Positions 52,882 to 64,000 of a stretch of 64,000 nucleotides of DNA are shown here, piece after piece. Position 1 is the stretch's first letter, and every line of letters begins with the position of its first letter. Source of the DNA: Planctomycetota bacterium (GTDB lineage Bacteria; Planctomycetota; B15-G4; SIAN01); contig JANNXA010000014.1 of NCBI GenBank assembly GCA_031409275.1, positions 96,001 to 160,000 on the forward strand. The letters run 5' to 3'. The translations under genes were made by a program, and so were the position numbers. A model generated the notes under the pieces. That model was not told where the DNA came from. It made no database searches and saw only the letters and a list, made by a program, of their open reading frames with translations.

Positions 52882-53964
52882 ATCGGGTTCGCGCTTCATG
52901 AGGTAGCGCGCGTCGGCGAGGTGGACGCGAGCGCCGCCATCGGCCGTCGCCTCCGCCCATCCCCACGGCAGCCGCGCGAAGGAGCGCATCGCCGCCGCCG
53001 CGGGCTGCTGCCACGCGAAGCGCACGCGCGGATCGGCGCGGCCGATCGGGACGCCCGCCGCGGCCAGCGCGCCGCTGCCGTCGACGGCGCGGCTCGCCAC
53101 TTCGCGACCGGCAAGATCGAACGTCCGCCAGCGCAACTGCACGCCGTCGTCGAGCGCGAAGGCAAAGCGCGTCGGATCGGCAAGCGTCGGTGAACGCATG
53201 CGAATCATCGCGGCGAGCTGCGGATCGGCGCGCACCAACGACTCGACGCGCGCCCCCAGCAGCGCGAGCAGCGTGAGGTAGCCCGCCACCAGCGACGCGC
53301 CGATCGCGACGACTCGCTGCGGCCGCGCGGCCCCGACGCCGCGGGCGCGCGCGACCGCCAGCGCCGCGATCAACGGCGGCAGCGCCCAGCGAACGAACGG
53401 CGGCGAGCGATCGTGCAGCAGCACCGCGAGCAGCGCCAGCGCGCCAAGCAGCGTCCAGGCAACATGCCCTGCACGACTCCGCGCGCCAGCGAGCGCGGCC
53501 GTCCCCCCGAGCAGCAGCCACAGCCACGGATCGACGATGAAGACGAGATCGCCGAAGTGGCGCGTTTCGGCGAACGGAAGCCAAGGACGTACGCCGTAGT
53601 TGTTGAGCAGATCGAGCGCCGGATGGGTCAGCAATCCGAGCGCGGCCGGCCAGAGGTAGGCGCGCCACCGGAGGCGCGGAGCGGAGCGGTCGCGCGGCAG
53701 CTCGCGCCCCTCGATCCAGCGGATGGCGGCGGCGAGCAGCAGCGTCTGCACCACGAGGCCGAGCAGCGCGTGGGTGAGGCCGCGATGGTGGACGAGATAG
53801 GCCGCCTTGCGCGCCATTCCGTCGGCCGCGAACAGCATCACCACGGCATCGGCATCGGGCAGATTGGCGCCGATCAGCAAGGAAATCGGGGCGAGCGGCG
53901 TCAAGCGACCGACTCGAGTCTTCGCCAGCGCTGCGCCGCACAGCGTGTGGGTCAGGTTGTCCAT
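52825..53964 (-). CDS. YdjM-family metal-dependent membrane hydrolase
   Basis: MDNLTHTL.G, NLPD.D, HRGLTH, HP.LD..N.YG, FIVDPW. Confidence 0.9.
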   Translation of the reverse strand: MDNLTHTLCGAALAKTRVGRLTPLAPISLLIGANLPDADAVVMLFAADGMARKAAYLVHHRGLTHALLGLVVQTLLLAAAIRWIEGRELPRDRSAPRLRWRAYLWPAALGLLTHPALDLLNNYGVRPWLPFAETRHFGDLVFIVDPWLWLLLGGTAALAGARSRAGHVAWTLLGALALLAVLLHDRSPPFVRWALPPLIAALAVARARGVGAARPQRVVAIGASLVAGYLTLLALLGARVESLVRADPQLAAMIRMRSPTLADPTRFAFALDDGVQLRWRTFDLAGREVASRAVDGSGALAAAGVPIGRADPRVRFAWQQPAAAAMRSFARLPWGWAEATADGGARVHLADARYLMKREPDSWCAITVALSAAEVAASR

Positions 53965-53983
53965 GCGAGCGCTCCGCCGCCCC

Positions 53984-55249
53984 TCACGATGCACCCGGCG
54001 ACGACGGCGGCGACCGCTTCGTCGGCCGCGGCTTGGGCCCGACGTCGGGACCTGGCGACGCGCGGTCGAGCAGCGAGCCGCGCGTGACGGCCGCGTCGCC
54101 GAAGCGCGCGCGCAGCTCGTCGACGGCCCGCGTCACCGCTCGCCCCTGCTTGACGGTGCGATCCTCGAAGAGCGCGGGCTGCTGTCCGTTGCGGAAATGG
54201 GACAGCGACACGCCGATCAAGCGGATCGAGCGGCGCGTGGTGTCGCAGCGCTTCAGCAGCTCGCGCGCGACGGGCAGGATCGCCTCGGTGGTGTCGACGC
54301 CTTCCGCGACCGTGCGCGCGCGCGACACCGTCTCGAAGTCGTCGGTGCGCAGCTTCACGGTCACCGTGCGCCCGGCGAGGTGATGGCGACGCAGCCGAGC
54401 GGCGAGCTGCTCGATCAGCGCCAGCAGCATGCGCGCGACCTCCTCGCGATCGTCGACATCGACCTCGAAGGTGTGCTCGCGCCCGAGCGACTGCGCCGCG
54501 CGTTCCGGCTCGACCGGCCGCTCGTCCTCGCCCCGCGCGAGCGCGAGCAGGTGCGGACCAACGTTGGTCCCGAGCGCGGCCGCAAGATGCGCGGGATCGA
54601 GGCGCGCGACGTCGCCGATGGTGCGCGCGCCAAGTTGGTGGAGGCGCGTCGCCGTCTTCGGCCCCGCTCCCCACAGCCGCTCGAGCGGCAGCGGTGCGAG
54701 GAACGCGGCGGCGGCGCCCGGCGCGCCATCGACGACGACGAGCCCCGCCGGCTTCTTCAGGTCGGACGCGATCTTCGCGACGAACTTGCAGGGCGCGACG
54801 CCGATCGAGACCGAGAGCTGCTCCTGCGCCTGCACGAGGTCATGGATCTTGCGCGCGATGGTCGGGCCATCGCCGTGGAGCCGCTCGCTGCCGGTGACGT
54901 CGAGGAACGCTTCATCGACCGAGAGCGGCTCGACGAGATCGGTGAAGCGCTCGAGCAGCGCGAAGAAACGCTGCGAAACGGCGAGGTAGAGCTCCATGCG
55001 CGGCGGCAGGAAGATCGCCTGCGGACAGAGCGCAAACGCGCGCCCGATCGGCAGCGCCGAGTGGACCCCGAAGCGGCGCGCTTCGTAGCTCGCGGCGGAG
55101 ACCACCCCGCGGCCGCGGCCGCCTTTGGGATCGGCCCCCACCACCACCGGCAGGCCGCGCAACTGCGGACGCTCGCGCACTTCGACCGCCGCGTAGAACG
55201 CGTCGAGGTCGACATGGAGGATCGTGCGCGGCGTCGTGGAAGCGGTCAC
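53984..55249 (-). CDS. dinB: DNA polymerase IV
   Basis: ILHVDLDAFYAAVE, SYEARRFGV.SA, SVDEAFLD, AKIASD..KP.G. Confidence 0.96.
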   Translation of the reverse strand: MTASTTPRTILHVDLDAFYAAVEVRERPQLRGLPVVVGADPKGGRGRGVVSAASYEARRFGVHSALPIGRAFALCPQAIFLPPRMELYLAVSQRFFALLERFTDLVEPLSVDEAFLDVTGSERLHGDGPTIARKIHDLVQAQEQLSVSIGVAPCKFVAKIASDLKKPAGLVVVDGAPGAAAAFLAPLPLERLWGAGPKTATRLHQLGARTIGDVARLDPAHLAAALGTNVGPHLLALARGEDERPVEPERAAQSLGREHTFEVDVDDREEVARMLLALIEQLAARLRRHHLAGRTVTVKLRTDDFETVSRARTVAEGVDTTEAILPVARELLKRCDTTRRSIRLIGVSLSHFRNGQQPALFEDRTVKQGRAVTRAVDELRARFGDAAVTRGSLLDRASPGPDVGPKPRPTKRSPPSSPGAS

Positions 55250-55272
55250 GGCGCGGCCATCATGCCGTGCGT

Positions 55273-56304
55273 TCAGTGCGCCCCAGCGACCGGCAGGAAC
55301 AGCGCGAAGCCCTTCGAGAAGAGGACGCCGAGCACGATGCAGACCGGGAAGGTCAGCAGCCATGCGTAGAGGATCTTCTTGCCGACTTCCCAGCGCACGC
55401 GCCGCATCCCCTTCGCGGCAGCGACTCCGGTGATCGAGCCGGTGATGGCGTGGGTCGTGCTGAGCGGGATGCCTTGGCTGGTGCAGACGAAGATCGTCGT
55501 CGCCGCGCCGACCTCGGCCGCGAAGCCCTGGTAGGTCTCGAGGTGCGACAGTCGGCTGCCCATCGTCTTGATGACCGACCAGCCGCCGACCATCGAGCCG
55601 ACGCCCATCGCGACGGCGCAGATGATGCGCACCCAGAACGGCACGTGCCATTCGCCGTGCGCCGCGCCGCCCGCCATGAGGGCGCCGGTGATGATCCCCA
55701 TCGCCTTCTGGGCGTCGCCGGTGCCGTGCGCAAACGCCATGTAGCCGGCCGAGGCGATCTGCAGCTTTCCGAAGACGGAATTGACGTGCGCCGGCCGCCA
55801 GCGCCGGCAGATCCAGCAGACCAGCGTCACCACCACCATGCCGAGCAAGAAACCGATGATCGGCGAGGTGAAGACGCCGATGACGATCTTCTGGATCCCC
55901 TTGCCTTCCAGCGCGTGGCCGCCAGCCGTGGCGATCACGGCGCCGACCAGCGCCCCCATCAACGAGTGCGAACAGCTGATGGGCAGCCCGCGCCACGTGC
56001 AGAGCGTGATCCACAACGGCGCCGCGATCAGCGCCGCGAGGTAGGTGGCACTGGTCAGCAACGCCGGATCGGCGATCTCCTTGCCGACCGTCTTCGCCAC
56101 CTCGCCGCTGACCAGCGCGCCGATGAAGTTGAACGCGGCGCCGAAGAGCACCGCCGTCACCGGCTTCATGACGCGCGTGCAGACCGCGGTGGCGATCGCG
56201 TTCGACGCGTCGTTCCAGCCGTTGGCGAGGTCGAACAGGATCGCGCCGGCGACGATCAGCCAGCCGACCCAGCCGAGGTGATCGAGCGCTTCGAGGAAGC
56301 TCAT
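55273..56304 (-). CDS. pit: PiT-family inorganic phosphate transporter
   Basis: NGWNDASNAIAT, GLPIS.SH, HG..DAQK.MG, P.STTH. Confidence 0.93.
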   Translation of the reverse strand: MSFLEALDHLGWVGWLIVAGAILFDLANGWNDASNAIATAVCTRVMKPVTAVLFGAAFNFIGALVSGEVAKTVGKEIADPALLTSATYLAALIAAPLWITLCTWRGLPISCSHSLMGALVGAVIATAGGHALEGKGIQKIVIGVFTSPIIGFLLGMVVVTLVCWICRRWRPAHVNSVFGKLQIASAGYMAFAHGTGDAQKAMGIITGALMAGGAAHGEWHVPFWVRIICAVAMGVGSMVGGWSVIKTMGSRLSHLETYQGFAAEVGAATTIFVCTSQGIPLSTTHAITGSITGVAAAKGMRRVRWEVGKKILYAWLLTFPVCIVLGVLFSKGFALFLPVAGAH

Positions 56305-56317
56305 CGAGGAGCGCCGC

Positions 56318-56941
56318 TCACGAGTGCCGGATCACGATCGACTCGACCACGTTGGCGACGTCCGAGCAGGAGTCGGTCGCCTTCTCGAGATCGCCGTAGA
56401 TGTCCTTCCACTTGATGATCTCGATCGCGTCGGTCTTCTCGTCGAAGAGCGCGGCGAGGCCGTGCTGCTCGATGCGATCGCCTTCCGACTCCTGCTGCTG
56501 GATCTGCAGGCAGGTGTTGAGGATCAGCTGCGGCTTCTTCAGGTTGCGCAGCAGCGGCATCAGTTCGCGGATGAGCGCGGTCGCCTTCAGCAGCACCTTG
56601 CCCAGCGCGCGCGCATCGTCGGTCGGCGCCTTCACGCGGTAGAGCACCAGCCGACTGGTGGCTTCGTCGATGTGGTCGAGCACGTCGTCCATGCGGCAGA
56701 CGAGTTCGTGGATCTCCTCGCGATCGAAGGGAGCGAGGAAGGTCCGGTTCAGCTTCTCGATCGCCTCGCGCGTGAGGTGATCGCCCGCGTGCTCGACGTT
56801 GTTGATCTGCTTGGCCTTGTTGGGCAGATCGGTGAAGTCGGTCAGGAAGGCGTCGAGCAGGCGCCCCGCTTCCTGCAAGTTGTCGGCGGCGCGCTCGAAG
56901 AGATCGAAGAAGCCTTCATCCTGCGGCAGCAATCGGACCAC
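56318..56941 (-). CDS. DUF47 (PhoU-like) phosphate transport regulator
   Basis: FFDLF, EH.GD, LN.TF..PFDRE.I, E..GD, LE.A.D; adjacent to pit. Confidence 0.92.
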   Translation of the reverse strand: MVRLLPQDEGFFDLFERAADNLQEAGRLLDAFLTDFTDLPNKAKQINNVEHAGDHLTREAIEKLNRTFLAPFDREEIHELVCRMDDVLDHIDEATSRLVLYRVKAPTDDARALGKVLLKATALIRELMPLLRNLKKPQLILNTCLQIQQQESEGDRIEQHGLAALFDEKTDAIEIIKWKDIYGDLEKATDSCSDVANVVESIVIRHS

Positions 56942-57082
56942 GGGGTGCCCTCTCTTCCCGCCGCGCGCAATGCAGCGGCGACCATCCCTCAAGGACCCAT
57001 CACCCAGTCTTCACGAAGCGGAGAAAGGTAGGCGCGGCCGAGAGTCGACGCAAGCGCGAGGAAACTGCCTCGGGTCGTGCCG

Positions 57083-59038
<1,956 letters not shown>

Positions 59039-59073
59039 CGCTGCAACATACCGGCCCTTCGAGGAGAGTGGCG

Positions 59074-60144
59074 ATGCGGCGATGGCGATTCGTGTTCGCG
59101 CTGGCGCTGGCAGGGGCGCCGCTCGCCGCCGGCCGGACCAGTCGAACCGCGGCAGCGGCAGCATTGACCGCCGACGCAGGGACCTTCGAAACAGAGCAGC
59201 GCGACGCGACCGCGCGCTACCTCGCCGCGCTGCGTCCGGAGTCGCGCACGCGAGCCCAGTTCGCCTTCGACGACGCGCAGCGACTCGACTGGCACTTCAT
59301 CCCGCGCGAGCGCCGCGGACTTCCGCTCGCCGCGATGGAGCCGCAGGAGCGGCTCGCGACCGACGCGCTGCTGCGGTCGTTCTTGAGTTCGCGCGGCTAC
59401 CTGCGCGTCGACGGCGTGCTGGGACTCGAACAGGTGCTGCGCGAGGCGGAACAGGCCAAAGGAGGCGACGGCCTTTGGCGCAATCGGGAGCTCTACTTCG
59501 TCAGCGTCTTCGGCGAGAGCTCCGGCAGCGCGCCGTGGGGGTGGCGCTTCGAGGGGCACCACCTCTCGCTCAATTTCACGGGCGTCGCGGGCTCCGGCAT
59601 CGCGGCGACACCGCTTTTTCTCGGCGCCAACCCCGGACAAGTCCGTAGCGGCCCACGCACCGGCTTCGAACTGCTGGGGGCGATCGGGACTGCGGCGCGA
59701 GCGCTGCTCGCGGCCCTGCCGTCGGCGCAGCGCGCGGATGCCGTCGTCGCGACGGCGGCTCCGGCGGACGTTCTCTTTGGTCCGGGCAAAGCTCCGCCCG
59801 ACCTTGCGCAGGGACTTGAGCTGTCGAAGTTGGAGGAGGGCGCGCTCGCGCGCCTCGTCGAACTGGTGCAAGAACTGCCATTGAACGACCTGCGAGCGAG
59901 CCAGACCGCGGCACTGCAGACGGCCAGGCTCCGAGGCCAACCGGCCGCCGAGGGGCGCTTCGTCTGGGCGGGGAGCGAAGAGTTGGGCAAGCCCCACTAC
60001 TGGCGGCTGGTGCTCGGCACCGCGGTCACCGAATGGGACAACACCCAGGATGACGCCAACCACGTCCACTTGCTGGTGCGCGATGTCCGTCACGACTTCG
60101 CGGGTGAGTGGCTGCAGCTCCACCACCGGGCGGAGGAGCGGTGA
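59074..60144 (+). CDS. DUF3500 family secreted protein
   Basis: W.FIP..R.GL, LS..GY, WGWRFEGHHLSLN, P.FLGANP, DN.Q..ANH.H. Confidence 0.9.
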   Translation: MRRWRFVFALALAGAPLAAGRTSRTAAAAALTADAGTFETEQRDATARYLAALRPESRTRAQFAFDDAQRLDWHFIPRERRGLPLAAMEPQERLATDALLRSFLSSRGYLRVDGVLGLEQVLREAEQAKGGDGLWRNRELYFVSVFGESSGSAPWGWRFEGHHLSLNFTGVAGSGIAATPLFLGANPGQVRSGPRTGFELLGAIGTAARALLAALPSAQRADAVVATAAPADVLFGPGKAPPDLAQGLELSKLEEGALARLVELVQELPLNDLRASQTAALQTARLRGQPAAEGRFVWAGSEELGKPHYWRLVLGTAVTEWDNTQDDANHVHLLVRDVRHDFAGEWLQLHHRAEER

Positions 60145-60373
60145 AAGTCGCGATAGCGCGGGGTTCCCCGCCGGAGGTGGTTCAATGCGCGCGCGAGTCC
60201 AGATGGGTATCAGCACATCGCCCGATCCGGCGGTCAAACTGACCGTCGTCCCCCGCGAGTTGACGACGAATTTCAGCTACTATACATTGTCCATATTGTC
60301 CATCATTGGCATTTAGGTCGGTAAGTCTGCGAACGGAGAGCGATCACCTGCACGGTTCGGCGGATGCCTGGAA

Positions 60374-60388
60374 TGGCACGACGAGTGC
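60374..60388 (+). promoter_or_regulatory. Putative sigma54 promoter
   Basis: TGGCACGACGAGTGC, exact GG-N10-GC spacing, in a 500-bp intergenic region. Confidence 0.55.
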
Positions 60389-60644
60389 GATAAGTGAAAT
60401 CAACGTGAAGACCAAAGACAGGTCGACAGATCGGCGCTAGCTTTGGCGCTCGTTGCGTTGACGGCAAGATTGCGCTCTGCATCGCAGTAGCGCAGCTCGC
60501 CTCGGAGCAGCGGCCGAAGTCCCCCGACGACGGTTCGGTTTCGTTTGAACAATGGTCGCCGACTTCCCCCAAGTCGACGACTCCGTGTGAAGAAGAAGTC
60601 GATTGAACCCCTTCTGGTGCCTGAGAGAGAAAAGGAGCGAGTCC

Positions 60645-62147
60645 ATGATGAAATCGAGTTCCATCGCGCTGATCGCGCTGTTTGGCGCGGCGCCTGTCGC
60701 GATGGCCGGGACGTTGAACGTCCCTTCGCAGTACCCCACCGTGCAGGCCGGCATCGATGCCGCCGTCGACGGTGACACCGTGCTCGTGGCCAAGGGCACG
60801 TACGTTGAGAACATCGACCTGAAGGGCAAGCAGATCACCCTGCAGGGCAAGGGCATCAACATCTCGGTCCTGAACGGCAAGAAGGGCGGCTCGACCGTCA
60901 CGATGAAGTCGGGCGAGACGGCTGCCACCGTCATCACCGGCTTCTCCATCCGTGAAGGAACCGGCACGCCGATCAGCGGCAAGCTCTACGGCGGCGGCGT
61001 CTACATCGCCGGCGGCTCCGATCCGACCATCATCGACACCGCGGTCGGCTTCAACACGGCCGACTTCGGCGCCGGTCTGTTCATCGACGTCGGTAGCGAC
61101 CCGTTGATCCAGGACTGCCTGATCGTCAACAACGTCACCGGTGCCGCGGGCCTCGGCGGCGGCATCTACATCGCTGGCAACCCGGTCCTCGACAACAACC
61201 GCATCGCTGAGAACACGGCGACCAGCGGATCTGGCGGCGGCGTCTACGCTGCCAACAGCACGACCTCGTACACGAACAACCAGTTCGACCACAACCTCGC
61301 CTACTACGGCGGCGGCCTCCACATCAGCGGCGGCACCCCGTCGATCACCGACAACCTCTTCGAAGAGAACACGGTGATGCGCGCGCCGATCAACGGCGAA
61401 GGCGCCGGCCTCGCGATCACCAACGGCGCGACGCCGTGGGTGTACAACAACGAGTTCCGCCTCAACCTCGCTCACAGCGGCGCCGGCATCTACGTCTACG
61501 ACGCCGCTCCGTCCATCGTGACCAACCTGATCCACGACAACAACGCGGCGGTCAACACGACGGGCGCGTTCGGCTACGGCGGCGGCATGTCGCTCGGCAA
61601 GGGTCGCGGCACGATCGAGCTGAATGAGATCTACTTCAACTCGGCCGCACTGGGCGGCGGTGTCTCGACGCGCAGCTCGACCACGACGCTGCTCTGCGGG
61701 AACATCATCGACCACAACGACACCGGCGCTGCGGGCGTCGGCGGCGGCGTCTATTCCAAGGACTCGAACCCGACCTTCCTCGCCAACACCGTCGCGGCCA
61801 ACAACGCCCTCAAGGGCGGCGGCGTCTATGCGGTGGGCAACAAGGGCCCGGCGTTCGACACCTCGATCATCTACTTCAACACTGCGAGCTCGAACAAGTC
61901 CTTCTTCGACGGCACCGGTGGCAAGCTGACCTTCGGCTTCTCCGACATCGAAGCGGCCTCGCTCGGTGGCTCGAGCCTCTCGATCGACCCGCTCTTCGCA
62001 AACCTGGCGACGCGTGACTTCAGCCTCCAGGCCTCCTCGCCTGTGATCGACGCCGGCAACTTCACCTTCACGGGTGGTGCGACCGACGTCTACGGCAACG
62101 TCCGCGTGAGCGGCGGCCGCGTCGACATGGGCGCCGTCGAGAACTGA
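60645..62147 (+). CDS. Secreted right-handed parallel beta-helix protein (choice-of-anchor Q-like C-terminus)
   Basis: AAGGAG RBS; VP.QYPT.Q.GID; many N.A..GGG repeats; DP.F...DF.L...SP.IDAG...DMGA.E. Confidence 0.9.
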   Translation: MMKSSSIALIALFGAAPVAMAGTLNVPSQYPTVQAGIDAAVDGDTVLVAKGTYVENIDLKGKQITLQGKGINISVLNGKKGGSTVTMKSGETAATVITGFSIREGTGTPISGKLYGGGVYIAGGSDPTIIDTAVGFNTADFGAGLFIDVGSDPLIQDCLIVNNVTGAAGLGGGIYIAGNPVLDNNRIAENTATSGSGGGVYAANSTTSYTNNQFDHNLAYYGGGLHISGGTPSITDNLFEENTVMRAPINGEGAGLAITNGATPWVYNNEFRLNLAHSGAGIYVYDAAPSIVTNLIHDNNAAVNTTGAFGYGGGMSLGKGRGTIELNEIYFNSAALGGGVSTRSSTTTLLCGNIIDHNDTGAAGVGGGVYSKDSNPTFLANTVAANNALKGGGVYAVGNKGPAFDTSIIYFNTASSNKSFFDGTGGKLTFGFSDIEAASLGGSSLSIDPLFANLATRDFSLQASSPVIDAGNFTFTGGATDVYGNVRVSGGRVDMGAVEN

Positions 62148-62192
62148 TCACGTCCACAAGCCGATATTGAACGCGAGTCTGAATGCAGATTC

Positions 62193-62232
62193 GGGAGGGG
62201 CCGGCTCGACAAGAGCCGGCCCTTCTTCATTT
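62193..62232 (+). terminator. Rho-independent terminator
   Basis: GGGAGGGGCCGGCTC-GACAA-GAGCCGGCCCTTCTT followed by a U-rich tail. Confidence 0.75.
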
Positions 62233-62393
62233 CCTGGGCGCACGCTGCCGACCGACTCGGTCTCGCCCCAGTGAGGGTGCGGGTTCGACCCTTGGACTGA
62301 GAAGTTCCCACGCGCCCCTGCTTGTGGTGGCGTGGGACGCGCCGAATAATCGCGCGCCACCTTCGCGCTCTACTCTCCAATCGGAATCGACCC

Positions 62394-64000
62394 ATGCATG
62401 CATCCGTCGGGGCGATCGCGGCTGTCTTGGCTGTTGCGCTGGCGCCTGCCGCGCTCGCCGGCGCTGGTGGCAGCAAAACCCCTGGCCCCTGGGTCGGTCC
62501 GGGCGGCTCGCCACGCATCGATCGCCACCTCCTGATTCGAGTCGAACCCGGCGTCACCCTGCTCGAAGGCGAAGACGCGGCGGGAAACATGACGACCGGA
62601 GTGTCGGAGCTCGACGCACTGAATCGCAAGTTCCACGTCAACGCCGTATGGCGCGTGCACCAGGATCCCCCGCGCGGTCGGCGTGATCCTGCCCTGTTCC
62701 GCTCGCTCGGACTCGATCGCATCTACTACGTCCAGTTCATCCAAGGGCGCAACGACATCGACCGGATCGCAACCGAGTACGAGGGATTGACCTCCATCGA
62801 GCTCGCGTGGGCCGACCACATCGTCGGCCACTGCAGCGTCCCCAACGACACCAAGTACTCCTCCCAGTGGAACTGCACGTGGGAGGATCTCGACTGCGAG
62901 CCGGCTTGGGACATCGCGACGAAGTCGAACGTCCTCATCTCGGTGATCGATAGCGGCGTCGAGATCACTCACGCGGACGTGGACGCGAACCTCTGGACCA
63001 ACCCTGGCGAGATCAAGGGGAACAAGGTCGACGACGACGGCAACGGCTATGTCGACGACGTCCACGGCTACGACTTCTGGAACGCCGACGGCGACCCCAA
63101 AGACGACTACGGCCACGGCACCCACGTCGCTGGCATCATCGGCGCGGAAGGCAACAACAGTCGCGACGTCGCGGGGGTCTGCTGGAGCGCGACCATCCAG
63201 GCCGTCAAGGTGCTCGACTCGCTCGGCTCGGGAACCTGGACCTCGATCTCGCAGGGCATGGTCTACGCGGCAGACAACGGTTCGCTCGTGTCGAACTACA
63301 GCCTCGGTGGAACCAGCTACGACGCGAACGTCGACTCGACCGTCCAGTACGCCGCCGGGCTCGACATCGTCCAGGTCGCCGCGGCCGGGAACCTCGCTTC
63401 GAGCGCGAGTTTCTACCCCGCGGCCTACAACGACGTGATCGCGGTCATGGCGTCGGACATCGCCGAGAAGCGCGCGCGCTGGTCCAACTTCGGCAGTTGG
63501 TGCGACCTCTGCGCCCCGGGAGACGGCATCACCAGCCTCTGGATCAATGGCGGCACCAGCATCCTCACCGGGACGTCGCAGGCGGCCCCGCACGTCGCGG
63601 GCATCGCCGCCATGGTGCGCACGCTCAATCCGCAGATGGACCGCATCGACACGGAACTGCTGATCGAATACACGGCCAAGGATCTCGGCGCAGCCGGTCG
63701 CGACTCGAGCTACGAGTGGGGCCTTGCTGACCTCCACCGCGCGCTCGACGCGGCCGCATCGCTCACTCTTTCCACCACGACTTCAGCCCGCGGCGGACAG
63801 GTCGATCTCTACGTCCATCGGCCCGACTCGCCGAACGACTACTTCGTTCTGCTGCCGTCGACTTCCGAGCGCCGTCCCGGTTTCGCGCTCAGCGCATCGT
63901 TCTCGGGCGACGCTCGCATCGTCCCGATCAACTGGGATGCGGTCACCGACCTGTCGTTGCTGCTGCCCTTCGTCGGAGTCTGGAACGGCTTCGCCGGCAA
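62394..64000 (+). CDS. Secreted S8 subtilisin-like protease, 3' end outside the window
   Basis: Manual translation MHASVGAIAAVLAVALAPAALA...; VIDSG, DDDGNGYVDD, GHGTHVAG, AAGN, GTSQAAPHV; not in the ORF track. Confidence 0.92.
   Translation, partial: MHASVGAIAAVLAVALAPAALAGAGGSKTPGPWVGPGGSPRIDRHLLIRVEPGVTLLEGEDAAGNMTTGVSELDALNRKFHVNAVWRVHQDPPRGRRDPALFRSLGLDRIYYVQFIQGRNDIDRIATEYEGLTSIELAWADHIVGHCSVPNDTKYSSQWNCTWEDLDCEPAWDIATKSNVLISVIDSGVEITHADVDANLWTNPGEIKGNKVDDDGNGYVDDVHGYDFWNADGDPKDDYGHGTHVAGIIGAEGNNSRDVAGVCWSATIQAVKVLDSLGSGTWTSISQGMVYAADNGSLVSNYSLGGTSYDANVDSTVQYAAGLDIVQVAAAGNLASSASFYPAAYNDVIAVMASDIAEKRARWSNFGSWCDLCAPGDGITSLWINGGTSILTGTSQAAPHVAGIAAMVRTLNPQMDRIDTELLIEYTAKDLGAAGRDSSYEWGLADLHRALDAAASLTLSTTTSARGGQVDLYVHRPDSPNDYFVLLPSTSERRPGFALSASFSGDARIVPINWDAVTDLSLLLPFVGVWNGFAG

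Noticed and set aside
52483..55249. SOS cassette (dinB, ydjM-like, mmcQ)
   Set aside because: No recognisable LexA box, and dinB appears co-transcribed with pit/DUF47
62270..62300. GGTTCGA T-loop-like sequence suggesting a tRNA
   Set aside because: No pairing T-stem, acceptor stem or cloverleaf could be built

Overview
High-GC bacterial chromosomal window, most consistent with an uncultured Planctomycetota lineage (pyrG-DUF1844 gene order, DUF1501/DUF1553-like pair, sulfatase, many secreted proteins); the taxonomy is inference. It holds about 56 tightly packed CDSs: kdsB-pyrG, mazG, mutY, glgP, dinB, pit/DUF47, an ABC-F ATPase, a biotin operon with a BioF-BioD fusion, a copper-type operon, two subtilases and others. 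I saw no rRNA, tRNA, CRISPR array or transposase. Best find: two tandem paralogous genes (26367-27113 and 27362-28168, minus strand) whose real starts appear to lie upstream of the called ORFs. Each has a strong RBS, a signal peptide, PDL(K/R)GG, an in-frame UGA at codon 26, a nearby Cys and a SECIS-like hairpin just 3' of the UGA, so they are candidate exported selenoproteins with a CxxC-less thioredoxin-like body. They lie upstream of an operon with a decaheme cytochrome-LVIVD fusion and a 10-EF-hand monoheme cytochrome. Second find: an FHA-GAF-sigma54 activator and Ser/Thr kinase next to a sigma54-like promoter, zinc-finger membrane proteins and a PspA-like coiled-coil protein, resembling a kinase-controlled Psp-type envelope-stress system. 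All family calls come from motif recognition by eye; no searches were run.
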